From Veleropilina oligotropha (taxonomy: Eukaryota), in NCBI GenBank assembly GCA_048128005.1, contig JBEUKZ010000076.1, positions 1 through 64,000 of the forward strand: a DNA stretch of 64,000 nucleotides. Reading direction: 5' to 3'. This document shows positions 1-15,200 of this stretch, piece by piece. The notes under the pieces are model-generated. The model searched no databases. It was given only the letters and a program-made list of their open reading frames with translations, and was not told the origin of the DNA. A program made the translations under genes and the position numbers. Each line of letters starts with the position of its first letter. Positions within the stretch are counted from its first letter, which is position 1.

Positions 1-124
1 GGATTTTCCCAGGAGCTCGAGCCCAGGCTTTTCTCCCATGATATTGTGGACATGTCCTGATTTGAAACTTTTGAAATATCAACCCAATTCTCTGTGTTGT
101 TGCAGATGGCTGCTTCTCTTTCAG

Positions 125-260
125 ACTCGGCCATGGCAATATTGCCCCTGATGCAGCTATTTCGCCACCGTTCCGTGTTGAAACACTGCACATGCTACAG
201 ATTAAGGTCATCTCTGTGGCTTGTGGAGGCGAACACACAGTTGCCCTAACGCAACAAGGG
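125..260 (+). CDS. RCC1-repeat gene exon
   Basis: (R)LGHGNIAPDAAISPPFRVETLHMLQIKVISVACGGEHTVALTQQG; acceptor ctctttcag (another AG at 104-105); donor gtaggc. Confidence 0.8.
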
Positions 261-3200
261 GTAGGCGTTATATGTATATATATATATATATAATTATATA
301 TGTGATGTTTGAAGGATTACATCATTCTGTTACAGAATAAATGATGCATTGTTTTGGGAAGCTATGTCTAAAGCAACAATATGCATGCAATAAATTTGAT
401 TAAAAGTTTTCAATCAAGGAGTGAACCATTGAAAAAATTGCATCACTGAAAGAGCAGCCTTCTAGAACAGTATATACATTGTAACAAGTATAAGACAACA
501 TAAATGCTGCCAACAATACCACACTGCATATCATATTAATTCACTTTATATATTTCTTTGTTGTTTGTTTGATTTATGTCATTGAATTTTTAGTCTTGAT
601 CATTGAACTATTAAAATATGTGCCATCACAGCAATTATTAAGAATGCTGATTCCTATTTAATAGGTGTACAGCTGGGGTTCCTCCAGGTACGGCCAGGTG
701 GGCATCGGTCCGCAGCATACGTTTACCCGTCCGATGCTGATCGAGGGACTGTCCACCGTCCAGTGTGTCGCGGTTGACTGTGGGCAGTATCACAGTATGG
801 CGCTCACGGCAGATGGAGAGTGAGTTAGCGATAATTTGTCAACAATATTCTCATTGTGCATGCAATATATTGGGCTAAGTGGCAGCACAGGGAGTCAGAA
901 TGGACTCTGAATTTACCTGTTTGACTTACCTGTCTAAAAGAATGGGTTCGAATCCTTGACCGGGCACTCTTTGTATCAGTTAATTATAAGAGTCACAGAT
1001 GTCCAAAACTGGCTGTTCATGATGATGGTAGCAGGTTCTCCCTAGCAATTATATTGATAATGTTAACAAAGCATATAAAGCTTTTTGTGCCCTGAACAAA
1101 AAGGTGTTTATTGTCCCCCGCCGCCTATCTGGCGGACGGGGGACATAGAATCTGCCTCCGTGCATCCGTCCGTCCCGGATTTTCTCACAACTTATTTTCC
1201 CATTTAGAGAAATGCGAGCTTTCCGAAACTTTACAGATGAACTAACCACATCATTGGGTAGATCAAGTTCGAATATTGGAAATTTATTTTGAAAACTTCT
1301 GTTTTTTTATCGACTTTTCGGAAATTTTGAACATAGTCTCTGGAAGCATGGATGTGGTATATTTCTCACATTTTTTTTTTCATTTAGGGAAATGTCAGCT
1401 TTCCGAAACTTTACAGATGAACTAACCACATCATTGGGTAGATCAAGTTTGAATATTGGGAATATATTTTGCAAACTTTTCGCGAGTTTTCGGTGAATTT
1501 GAACATAGCCTCTGGAAGCATGGATATGGTCAATTTCTCACATTGTTTTTTTCCATTTACAGAAATACTAGCTTTCTGAAACTTTACAGATTTACTAACC
1601 ACACCATTGGGTATATCAAGTTCGAATATTGTGAAATTATTTTACAAACATGTTTTTTGGGTGAATTTTCAGGAATTTTGAACATAGTCTCTGGAAGCAT
1701 GGATGTGATTTTCTCACAATTTTTGTCTCGCCCATAGGGAAAGAGACATAGGTATTGCTTTTCCTCCTCACCCCCCCCCCCCATCATGCTCACACCCCCC
1801 TCATGCTCATCCCCCCCCCCCCAAAGTTTATTATTGCATTAAGGTTTTGCATATTGCTTCCAGATGATATATAGATCTTTCCACTTCAATGTACATCAGT
1901 TCAATTGTAAGCTTCACTTGTATAAACCTGTTAACCCTTAACATGTTAATCCTTCAGATTTCCTTCACCTCACCCTCACCCCTAAATTTTTTTATAAAAA
2001 TGTTACATGATTTATTTAATTATGCCTATAAATATTGAGGCTAGAAAAGACACAGAGATATTTTTTTAAGTATTATGTGTGTACGATGAAAGGGGCATGT
2101 CCTTATTTGTAAGACTTGCTCACTGCCAATAGGCACAGTAAGCTGTTAAGCTTTATAATGGTCACTCTGTGAAGCTGGTATTCTCAAAATCAGATGGATT
2201 TTTGAAAACTGGCTTCCCCACTGGTTTATTCCATGGGTATCTTGAGATGGCAGTGTATATTGTCATTACAAGAACAGACTGTATCCAGTGTCTAATATCA
2301 CTCTCCTCAGCTGGTCATGGTTCAAGTCATTGTGTCCATTGACAATAGGCCGGGATACTATGAGTTTGTCATGGTTTAGATGCTGCAAATATATTTTATC
2401 TCGAGTATATACCGTTTATAAAAAGATTTTGTCTTTATTTCTGTTTCTCTGAAACTTCAAGTCTTACAATAACTATATTAGGATCAGCACTGCATAGGTA
2501 GTACTTGTGAATTCTTACTTTACAAACTGAAAATGTGGCTCCTTTCAAGGTAGCCGGGGTGGGCGAGACATATAGTTCTGCGGAATTTCTCGTTTTCATA
2601 TTGAAAATTTCTAGCTTTCTGAAACTTTACCGATCAATAAATGACATCATTGGGTAGATCAATTTCGAATTTTGGGAATTTTGATAACTTTTAGGTTTTT
2701 CGTGATATTGAATATATAGTCTCTGGAAGCATAGATGTTGTCAATTTTCTCACAACTATAAACTTTTTCAAATTAGAGAAATGCTAGCTGTACAAAGCTG
2801 TCATGGAATAGATCAAGTTTGAATATGGGGGCTGCTTCGACAGCTGTGTGGTATCGGTGTGGACTCTGAAAATCACTGGCTTGATTCCACTAATGCAAAC
2901 AGTATTGCCACTGTGGGTTCAAACCCCGGCTGGGGCATGACATTATTTGTTCAAATTATGAATCACAGTTGTCCATAACTGGTCCAAGAGGGCGGGATTT
3001 CCTCCCGCGATAATACGGACATGGCTTCGTTTGAACCTAAATAAGTTTTAATTATACAGGATAATAAGCATTGATCCTTTCCTTTTTCCTTTTCGAATAT
3101 GGGGAATGGTTTTTTTAAATTTATTGAATTTTTGGCGATTTTCTGCATAGTCTGCAAGCATGGATGTGGTAAATTTTCTCACGTGCATTTATTTAATTTA

Positions 3201-6200
3201 CAGAGATGTTAGCTTTCTGAAACTTTACAGATCAACTAACCCCATCATGGGGTAGATCTAGTTCAAATATTGGGGATTTTTTTAAACCTATGCATGTATG
3301 AAAATCAATTTTCTCACAACTAAATTTTCCATCTAAAGAAATGTTAGCTTTCTGAAACTTCACAGACCAACTAACCACAATGTGATAATGGGATGGATAA
3401 AGTTCGAATAATGATAATTATTTAATTTACTTGAAGTATTTACACTTTAAGAGTCTCTATCTGTGTAGCCTTTGGTGGCTGGAAATCTTCCGTAATTAAT
3501 GAATTATCATTGAGTTACTGATCAATACACAGTGGGCAAAAATATATATGTGGTCGATAATACGGGCAGGGGACAATCGCCACGTAGTGGCAATCACTTG
3601 TTAGGGCTTCAAGTTTGTTTGTCTTGAAGACCTATTGATTTTCTTCCATTTATTATTATTATTATTATGCCATGCTTTTCCTGCCAGAGGTAACTAGAAA
3701 ACGGCAATAGCCAAGGGTCTGAAACTTTGACACAACGTTGGTGCACGAGCAAGGCAGGGCGGTGCAAAAAATTGACTTCAAACTTCACGATGTTCGGCCG
3801 CCATCTTCAATATAGTACAACTTTAAAAAAATCTTCCCAAAAGCCGCCGATGACAGCGTGGCAATACTTACCAGATGTGATTGACGTATCAAGGCGAGTT
3901 TAAATTGCAAGCGAAAAAGTGATCGCTCGCAAATGGAGGCCGCTGCGGAGGTCTGAATATTGCGAAAACACTTTTTTTCAACACTTTTAAATTGACGATA
4001 GCTCTTATTCCGTTGTAACTATTCCGCGTAACTTTTGGCGAGGGGTGGGTGCCCACGCTAAGTTCTGTTTGCCACAAAGAGATCGTCGATGCGACTTGCG
4101 GTTACGTCAGAATATTAAATTTATTAAAATATTTAAAATGCCATTTCCTCGTTACTAGTGTGAAGTGAATTTCGACAGGTGCCGACGTCATAGCATGTCC
4201 ATACTGTTTTGTTAGCGAAAAGCTGCCAGCATACGCGCATGACGATTTCAATTTTAAAATTTAAAACAAGTGCCATTCCTTTAATTTGAGGCGAAATTAA
4301 AGACACAATAATTCATTTGATTCTGATTATGTAGCTCTAGTGGAATAGGCATCTAAAATATTGACAATTGCTGGCGTTCATGCCATAAAATTAAATTTTA
4401 AATTTTAAAACGTTGATAAAATCGTTAATAATTGTGTCACATTGTTGAAATTTAAATCGAACATTCATATCTGTACAATTAATACATATTTCAAGTTTCA
4501 TGAAATTCGAATTATCGACCGACCTTTAAAGGCTAATTCCATTTTGTCTGACTGAAGACTTATATCAAATCATTGACAGTGCTTGACAGCTCAATTACAC
4601 ACGGTAGCTGGTTTGGCCATCTGCATGCCAATCTAATTGTCTATCCTGTCACAAATGATATCAGGATAATTATTAATTTCTCTGTCATGAATGAATACCC
4701 TCAAAGCTACTAGACGCATTACCAGACATCACTGACTATGCTAGAGTCTATATCACAAATAACGTCACATTTTGTTTTTTCAATTTAACAAAGATTAACA
4801 AGTGAATCTTATTACTTAAAGTGATGCTGCATTACATTTCCTGCCCAACTCGGTTAATATTGATGCTAGATCTTAGATATTTTAAATTAGCATAAAAAAA
4901 ATCAAAAAACAAAAATTAAATTTTTTAAATTTTCGAAAAAAAGTTAAATTTGCATGACAAATTTAAATTTGCCCTTCCTCTTATTCAGCTTTGACTAGAC
5001 TGTTCAAACTTCGCAGACGTATTAGTGCAGACGTATTACGTTTGCTAATTGGAATTTTCGATTTTCCAGATAAAATTGAAAAGCAGGAAGTGCCTCGGTG
5101 GCCATTAAAGCATTTGTTTCAAGTGGCAATATATAAAAAAGGATGCACCGCGGACACATGGTTACTATGGGGAGCCTATGGGAAGTCATGGTTGATCTTT
5201 CACATGTGACCTTGACCTTTGACCTCAGTTTACCTACATTGCGTAAAATGACCTAATTACGGAAAAAGACATAATCTTATGTTTGCCAGAAAATGGCCAA
5301 CTCTGTTAATATTTATGCTAGAGCTTAGATATTTTAAATTAGAAAATAAAAAAATGCGAAAGAACAACAAAATGGCCGCCACATTGTCTTTGAAAAAGCC
5401 AGAACACGAGACATACGTGGCGTACAGACCTGAAATTTGTGCCATTCGATTCAGAGTGGCCATATGTATATATGTTAGTAAAATTCAGACACGACACTTA
5501 TAGATTGCGGGTGTGGAACGACATTCAAGATGTCCACCTCTGAGAGATTCCTCGTGATATCTCAAGACAGGCCATTTCTTAACGTAATGTTATCAAATTT
5601 GGTATGTACATTGGTTTGCGAGAGGACACGGCATCTAGAGATTTTGGGTGTAATCTGACCTCCAAAATGGCCGATGTGGCCTCCATCTTGGATTTTAAAG
5701 CATAAAGCCAGCGAGCCGAAACTTTATACATATGATGGACGTCTTATGATAAAATTATATTGCGAGCGAAACATCAATCGGGCATAAGACAAGATGGCTG
5801 CGGGCTATAGGACACAATCAGCTTGAAGCCCTCTACAGCTGCTTTGCAGCTTTAATTTTCTCTTGTAACTTGGATTATTGATAAAAGGCATTGTCAGCTA
5901 TGAGTTTTACTTGGATCTTGGATTAATGCCACTGTCAACTGAAAATTACTGTTAATTTTAAGATAGATAAAAATAGTTGTTGTATTTCCTCCCACTACAA
6001 TACAAACATATCCACATTATAATAGATAATGATTACATTCAATTTGGCAGAAAAAGACATTAAAGAGAAATCAATTTGCGACTGCGCTATTTTCGTTTCT
6101 TGGTATTTGCATAAAGGAATTATAGACAATATCCAGTATATATTATATTTCCCCCAGAGTGTACTGCTGGGGATGGGGAGTCCATGGTCAGCTCGGAAAT

Positions 6201-9200
6201 GGCTTCATCGAAGACGGACTTGTACCGATAAAGGTCCAAGGATTGGAAAATGTCCAAGTTGTGAAGATGTCAGCTGGATACTGTCACTCAGTCATTCTGA
6301 CTGTGGATGTAGGTATTTTTGAGATTCGATTCTTTTACTTTTCTTTTCTATTTATACAATAATCAAAATAGTATGTAACCTTATTATTGATTAATTATGA
6401 GCACCCTTCACAAATTCATTTTGATATATAATATATAGTTGGAATTGTCACATTTGTGCAGAAGGAACATACATGAATCTTATTATAATTGTATTAATCT
6501 ATTTTGTGGTGTAAGGTGAACTTTGCTAGAATATTAACGAGTAATAACTGGATTTTGAACTTTTATGAGAATACTGTTACAGTACTATTATTGTATCCAC
6601 ATTAACCGTAAATAATTGTTTTTTTCATATTAAGATTTTTTTATTTAGGGCGATGTTTGGACGTTTGGTTGTGGATTGTTTGGACAGCTTGGGCTAGGTT
6701 CAAACGTGAAGTTCTCTATACCAGAGAAGAACACGCATTTAACAGAAAAGTGTACATTAATAGCCACAAAGTATTTCCACACAGTAAGTAATTCCCTTGT
6801 AAAGATAATGGTGTAAGTCAGTACTCAGCAATTGCAGACTGGTTTTCCCAAGCTGCTACTAGCTAGGCATTCTTCCACAATAATATTGACATGTCCTGAT
6901 GTGCCGACAAAGGATGTTAAAATGAGACAATCAACTTCAATCCTAAACTAAACTAGAGTAGCGGTATTTGAATTTGTATAATTGATTCCTTCGCAGGCGG
7001 TCGTCACGGTGAGCAATAAGGTGTACATGTGGGGGAGCCACCCGCACACGTTGAAGTATTCCGCTCACCTCCGTAGGACGAAGGATGGAGTCAGAGCCAT
7101 GGCAACCGACCCGCTATTCGTGTTCCTTTCTCCATCGCTGATAGACACGTCCATGGTTACGGACAAGATAGTTCAGGTGAATGATTGAATATTTCATGTG
7201 AAGCCAGAGATATGTTGTCCTTTCCTGTATGTATCTCTTGTGAGGTTTTGGATCAATTTCATTTATCACTTTTTTCACAATTGTTCCATTGAATATTGTT
7301 TATTTTTTGTTTAATTTTTCATTAATCGGAGTTATTTTCCAAGTGGAGAACTTGAACTGTACATCCAAATGCTGTTTAATTGTTTGGAAATGTATTACCA
7401 TGATAATGATGGTGCTAAAAGCAATCCACGATATTCATTAAATATAGTATAATGTATATGTGTAATTGTGAAGTTTAGAGATCATATTATGCTCAGCATG
7501 CAAATTAAGACCTAACCGTAATTTTTATAGGTGTCTTGTGGCAGCTTCCACACCGGTGTAATGACTACAGCTGGGAACATCTTCATGTGGGGCCGTAATT
7601 TGGATGGTCAACTCGGAATTAGAAACAGGCAGGACTCTGTAGGTGGCATGTTGGTTCTTTATTATTTTGTGTATTGTATCTCAAATATGCTTGGTCAAAT
7701 AACGTAGTCACACTCCTGAACACACATTTTTCATGATACTGGTATTGTAATTTCTCTTCCGACAATATGGAAATGTTCTGGTGTCACCATGAAGGTGGTT
7801 AAATGGGATATTTCGTATTGATATAACTTTGAAAATAGGTCATTGTCAGTACTATGTATTATATGGGTTAATAACCTTTTTATCAAGCCAAGTTTTGATA
7901 TACTGTAACAGTTGTTTATGTTGTTATAAACTATATTTGGGGGGGTTTTGTACTACTACCTCTGCGCCATAGAGGCAAATTTATTAACTCCTGTAAAATG
8001 CAGACCGTCTGTTGTGAAAATTATCTTTTCCAGACCATATCTCATACACCGCTCGACATAACTTTGCGAAACTTGCTGGGTGTCGGTGTAATGGTGCCTT
8101 TTGCTAGTTTTGACATTGTGCGGCGATCATTAACAGAGTTATTGCCCTTGTTGTAAATTCTTTTTTTTTTTAAACATTTTATTGCAGAAATTTACATGCA
8201 AAGGGTTTGGACAAAAAAGTTACAAGTAACTTTATCGAGTGTCCTCACCTGGAATAATTATGGTTACAATAATAATGTATAAACGTGAACAAATACACAA
8301 AATTTCACAGGCTTATATATATATACAATATAATCCAATATATTTTACATAATTCGGGTAGTAGCTAATTGCAAAATTACAATGAAGTATTATTGTGTAA
8401 TTTTGTGAGTGGTTAAGTAGGTAGGTAATGCACAGTTGTTTTGGGTTTTTGACTCTACTAATTAGATTATATTAGATTAATGGAATCTTCTTGTTGCAAG
8501 GATATATTTTTGAACTTTCTGAAAAATGTCTTTGTTATATTTATGACTTTGATCTTCGTCACCAAAGATGAGTATGTTTAAGCAGATATTAGGTATATGA
8601 CAAAGATCGTTGAAAAGAACTTGTCTTTCAACACAGTATAATGGACAAATGTAGAAGTAGTGGGAGGAATCTTCGTTGTGGAAACCACATTCACAGGTTG
8701 CATCTGTGATGATATGATTTTTATATAAGTCTGATCTAAGACTGCTACACTTGCACCTAATTGCTCGGTGTATAATGTCCAATTTTCTACATGAAGTTGT
8801 TGGAAACTTTACTTTGGGTATTTTAGTGGTTAATAGAATTTTGAATTCATTTATTGAATTTGCTCGTCTTGTGTTTGGATTCAGATCGTTCCACATCCTG
8901 GTGGAATTGTGAAAAAATGACTTAGTAGTGACATCTAAGCGGCAAAGTAGAACATTGAAGTAATCATTATTTCTAAGTTGGTAAGTTGGTCTATTGCCAA
9001 CTTTCTCTGGTAGGAGCGCAACTAGGAATTCCGGTGCTTTACCGGATATAATTTTGAAAAGGGTTGTCAGTCGCTTATTATTTCTTCTTACATTTAATTT
9101 TTCAATTCCCGTTTCAATGTACAACGTATTGATTGGAGAATATCGTGGCAGTCCAGTTATAACTCGTAGAGCTTCATTTTGTATTAGATCTAACTTTTGA

Positions 9201-12200
9201 ATATCGGTCTGATTCAATCCACCCCATACTCAAAGATTGGTCGAATAAATTGAATGTAGATTTTTAGCAACGTGTCCTTGTTTAGTAAATATTTCAGTTT
9301 TCGCATTGCTGCAATCATTTTGCTACCTGAACATATAATTTTATTGACATGCGCACTCCATTTTGCATTATTGGACAATACAATTCCCAAATGCTTGTGT
9401 TCGTTCACAAATGGAACATTGGTATTTTGGAATGTAAGGTTAGGTATTTCTGATTTAGAATTGGATATTAGCAGTGCCTCTGTTTTTTGGGGATTGAACG
9501 TGACATGCCATAAAATTGCCCATTCGTTGATAGTTTTTAGGTCTTTATTTAAAATTCGTTCAATCTCGATCGTTTGTTTGTCATTTTGTATTAGCGATGT
9601 GTCGTCCGCAAATAATCGAGAAGAAGATTCTACATTTTCGATTATATCATTGATAAAAATTAAAAACAAAAGAGGCCAAGGAACGGAGCCTTGGGGGACA
9701 CCAGAAAACGTTTCCTTTATTGTTGATAACTCGTCCCCGATTTTAACTTGTTGTGTTCTTTTTGATAATTATGTAATTTTCGAGCCATGTCAGTAAATTG
9801 CCATCAATACCATTTTGCTGTAATTTAAAGATTAAACCCTTGTGCCAAACTTTGTCGAAGGCTTTTGATACGTCGAAAAATACGATGCACGAATCTTGCT
9901 TTTTTCTAGGTTTTTACAGATCTGGTCAAATATTTTGATTAATTGATAAGTCGTTGAGTGACCTGGTAAGAAACCGCTTTGGTGTTTATATAATATTTTG
10001 TTATCAAGTAAAAAATTTTGCATTTGTTTGTGAATTATTCTCTCCATAATTTTGCCGATGCAACTAAGCAGCGATATGGGTCTATAATTAGAAGGGTCAG
10101 ATTTTGCACCTTTCTTGTGAATTGGAATAACATTGGCATGTTTCCAGCTAGATGGAAATACTCCTTCGTTAATAGATTTATTGAATAAGATGGTAATTAT
10201 AAGTGGTAGTGATATTGTTAGTTTTGTTTCTTTCAATATGCGGTGACCAATGCCGTCAGGTCCAGTTGCTTTGTTCACTTTCACGGCGCCGATGATGTCT
10301 TCAACATCTGATCTTGTTATTTCGATATTTGATAACCTTTTAGTTGTTTTATAATTAATTTCTGGTAATGGTGTATCAGGAAGGAATGTCCGAAATTGAT
10401 GCGAATAAGTCGTTAAAGCAGTCGGCCTTTTCTTTGTCGGTAAAGGCTTGCCTATTTTCAGTTATATTTAAGGGTGGCATTTGTCTGTCAATGTTGGTCT
10501 TAATTAAGGAATTGATTAATTTCCAATATGTCTTCGGATTGTTTTTTTTGGTGTTTATAATATCATCCACGTGTTCGTTATATTGTATCTTTTGCTTTTT
10601 AATTAAATTATTGACTTTATTTCTAAGTATTTTGTATGAACTCCAGTGACATATGGTTTTAGAATTTAGTGCTTTCTTGTATAAACGGTCCCGTTTTCGA
10701 GCTAATTTTCTTATTTCGGATGTATACCATGGTTTGTCCTTTTTCCTGATAGTTATGGTTTTGCGTGGTATGCATTGGCAGGCATAGGACATATATGTTT
10801 CTTCAAATATATTGACTGCCTCGTCAACTGATTCGCAGTTGCCAAGGGAGCTTACCCAGTCATGGGTACTAACTAAATGGTTGAATAGGTTATAATCAGC
10901 ATTTTTATATATCCATATTTCCCTTAAGTAACTAGATGGAGTATTGTATCCAGCTAATAATGTAATAAATGTACCCATATGGTCGCTAATGTTAATATCA
11001 TGGGTGCCAGAATCAAAGTATGAGAGATCAGAAGAGATAAATATTGGATCCAATAGAGTTGCAGTTGTATTTGTTATCCTGGTGGGTTCTGTAATGATAT
11101 TTGTAAGGTTATAAAAGTTCATTTGATCTGATAGGTGCGTAAAAGACGGGTTCAAAAGATTGACGTTTATGTCGCCAACTAGAACGATCGGAATTGTAGT
11201 GCCGATGGCTAATGAGATGGTTTCTTCTAGTTTTGACCAATATGATAACGGTGTATTTGGAGGCTTATATATAGAACCTAATAATAATTTGTGTGTTTTT
11301 ACGTTTATTTCTAGCCAGATCATTTCAACATCTTCAATTTCAAGATCTTCCCTCCTCTTGTATATTATTGACTGCTTAACATAAACTGCAACACCCCCTC
11401 CGTGATTTGTTCTGTCTTTTCTGATTGGTTGTTCAAAATCACATAGTTGAATGTTTTCATTGGTTACATCATTATTTAAATGAGTCTCGGTGAAGCATAT
11501 TATATCGTAATCCGATAACACTTGTTCAATGGATTGAATTTTGTAACGGAGACTGCGTATATTTTGTTGGAAAATTGATATGAACGACTGAATAGAAGAT
11601 ATATTCGGTCCTGGGTTTTCGTGAACATCCCCGGATAGTAACAGGTGTGATAATAGTAGGAATGTTGGATTAAACCGAGGCATTAACAAATGATTGCAAA
11701 TAATAATAGACATGATTGTAACATTACTATTCTAGAGGATAGAATCAAAATCTCTGAGAAGGTTAACCCGCTTGGGTTGCACCGACACTTAATTACTATG
11801 TTTCCATTGATTTTGTTATGAAATGAGCCGATCGCAATCCTGTACTGCAATAGAGAGCTATCCATTTTCAAACTGTGTGAACATTGCTACTGATGCATGA
11901 TCGGTAGCATGTTTAATCTTGTTAAGATGTGCACTACCCAAGTATATGTAAATGTAGACAATAGACAGCATGAAGTAATCGTATAATATAAGTAATAACA
12001 AAAAAAGGTCAAGAGGAGTGGGTGTAAAGGATAGGGTTTTTTAAGTCAATAAGTGAAATGGTCGACATTTATTAATTTGTTCGTCGAAAACTTGGAATAT
12101 GAATATTAACTAGAAAATTACAGGCATATAAATAATGGTTACACTGCGAGGCTCGGTTGTCTAATCGACTAAGGTCACAGTCAGGTCACGGATAATGGTC

Positions 12201-15200
12201 TCAAGACAACAATAACCGAACGATGTAACCGACATAACCATTGCAAAAATGTTCACAATTTTAAATATACGGGTATTCTAAATTCGACATCGCATTTTTG
12301 GCATAAGTGCATGCCTTGATGCTTGATCACATTATTATAGGATAGACAATTGTGTATTGGTATTTTAACATATTATCTGTTGAATAACTTAATATTGATG
12401 TCATCCTGGATTTCAAAGTGAATGATTTTGCCTGATTTGGATTTACCCCAGATTTTTCCGTTCCTGGTCCATGAATCTGTAATGTCCGTATGGTTCTTGA
12501 GACGGTTTAACAGCTGCAGGTTTCGTTTCGTTAGGTCGTCGGTTATTACAAACTTTGATCCCTTGAGAAGTCTTCTGTTTGTTGTGATTTCGTCTTTTTT
12601 TGAACGATTTGCAAATTTCACAATTATAGGTTTTGGGTATTGGGTAAGGCGAGACGGAAGGCGATGTGCGGCCACGATATCTTCTTCTTTGCATTTTATT
12701 TTCAATTTCTCATTAACCATTTCGCATACTCTTTTAGTGAGATTTTCATCTTGTACTTCGGGGATGCCTAAAAGTCGTATGTTACTCCTTCTCGAATATT
12801 GTTCATTGTTGTTGCTCATTAGCAGAGCGTCTTTTGCATTCTGTGATGAAGTATTTATATTTATCATCTGTTCTTTCAAGGTTCGAACTTCTTTCTTTAA
12901 GTTGGTGTTTTCTTCTTCGAGTTCTGCTAGTCTATTCTCGGTTTCTGCTAGGCGGAATGTAATCGCATCGTCCAGTTCGTTTTCAATGTCCTTTTTAATA
13001 TTTTCTGACATAGTAAACATTAGTTCATCCATCATCGATCTGATATCGTTCAATGATGGGAGGACACGTAATTTACCCTTTAAGTCGGCAATTTCTATGA
13101 ACAGTTCGTTTGTTGTCAAATCTTCGGTTATGCTGGTGTCTGTCGAGCTGATGTCATGCCGGCCTCTCTTCGAAGATTGTTTAGATTTTCCTGTTTTATT
13201 AGTTGTCATGGTTGGATGGATTATTTCGGTGATTAGTAAATGAAGAAATAGTCGTCGTCTCTTGATTGTGTTCACACCCGAATGGCGTTGTAATTCACAC
13301 TGAATGTATTAACACTTGGCCTCGACGTCCCGTTGTTGTACAACGAAGTCAAATATAGTAACAAGTGGCAATTTTGCTGACTATATCATGCTACTATATC
13401 ATAAATGTCTTATTTTCAGTTCGTATCGTACAAATTAGTAATTGATAAAGTCACCTTCTTGTTGTATTCTTCGTCCGGCATCTGGTGATATCTTTACGTC
13501 CAAGTCTCGTTTAGTTTAGAGCAAATAATATGAAGTCTACTTGCGGAGCGATCACATTGCGTCTTCAACGTCGGCCATTACAACTTTAATAAATTCGTTA
13601 ATGTTATCTTTTCCGGAGCGTATCTCATACATTGCTCGACATAACTTTACGAAACTTGCTGGGTGTATTAAGTAGTTGGTCAACTGGTGCCTTTTGCTAG
13701 TTTCTGCATTGTGCGATTATCGACAGAATTATTGCACTTGCTTTAATTTTGTCATTCCCGACTATATATCTCATAAAGTGCTTGACTTATCATTATGAAA
13801 CTTGATTGGTGTATTCAGTAGTCGGTTAACTGGTCCTTTTTCATAATTTTGACGATGTGTGGTGATAAATAAACAGAGTTATTGCCCTTGTTATTATTTA
13901 AAGCAACGATATTGCGCTTATCCCATTGTAGTTTCAAGAACATACAGCATATACTATTAGTTATTGTGAATGTACAATTGCGCGGGGGATATTGATGGCT
14001 CTGTCTTAAGCTTCTTGTTTAAATTAATCTAATATCTTGACATTCTTCAAACATTTGGCTCTTGGCATGTTCATTATCAATAGGAGAAAGCATGATGTGA
14101 AGCAACCCAGATATATAAATGATTCCCGTTAACCCAAATGAAACTATAATTGTAGTGCATTTAGTGCTGCATTAGAAAAATATTAAATTTATGCTACCAC
14201 GTGCAATTGATAATAAACATTTTCATGTGATAAAGTTGTATTTTAAAATACTGTCTTTGTGATCACTGGAGAAATCAACAGCTTCTCGTTCAGTTAAAAA
14301 TTTGATTTTAGAGTGGCTGTATAATATTATATACCATTGAAATTTGGACTCATTTTTCCCTTCATTCTTTTAATATTTTAAAAATAATGAAGGCGTCATT
14401 GGTTGCCTGTTTATGTGACATAACGACCAGAGAGTCTACGAACAAATTTTTAAGTAAGTTCATTACAAAATTAAGTCATTTGTTACTTAGCAAAATCAAA
14501 TAAAATCATTATGTTATATTCTTTCAGTGTTGTCTGTCTTTTCAGAAAATTCCCACTATGATAGGGACATTTGAAGACAAAAATGTCAGCTATTTCCATT
14601 GTGGTGGAGAATACAATATTGCTGTGGACACGGACAACACCGTCTGGTGCTGGGGGAAAAATGACGGTGGCCAGGTAGGTCTTGGTTGTGTTTATGAAAC
14701 GATTATTTTCGATAAATAACATATTGAATTAAACTTGTCAAGAAGCAGAACTACACATGCATTATATGGCTCTTGACCTATATTTTGCGATTTATCCAAT
14801 GATGTATATACACAGAGGATGAGTGAATATCACTTTCAAAGGTCAATAAATCATTGGAATCATAAAAAAGATTCTGATAGATAAATACAGGAATGATATT
14901 ATTGTGTTGGATTCTGTATTTTCTGAAGCATGAGGCGATAATGTTGGTAATTATGTTTAATATACAACGAATATAAGAAAGCATCTTGGGTGCTCTTTCG
15001 GTACTTCCCCACAGATCTGGCTTTTATACATATTTAAGGAGCTCCAGCTTTTATTCGTCTTAAATTTTCACACTCCGCGTATTATCTGCCTTGTCAATTT
15101 CTACTCAAATGCAGCTTGCGATAAGATACACGTGATGGGTACGTAGTTGTATTGGCTTTACAAATGTATATAAACCGGACCGCCCCGTGAGACTGGACTG

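Larger units (their letters stand above)
8161..13589 (-). mobile_element. Full-length CR1/L2-group LINE, ORF2 frameshifted
   Basis: ORF1 plus APE-RT ORF2; AATAAA and poly(A) at 8161-8183 (minus); 7-bp TSD TAAATTC at 8154-8160 and 13590-13596. Confidence 0.9.
7950..14020 (+). mobile_element. Helentron-type non-autonomous element split by the LINE
   Basis: Same repeat unit (tatctcatac...gctcgacataacttt...gaaacttgctgggtg) on both sides of the LINE; ends gcgcggggga...cttcttgtt. Confidence 0.55.

Noticed and set aside
12422..13243. 273-aa + strand ORF
   Set aside because: Antisense shadow of LINE ORF1, no independent features
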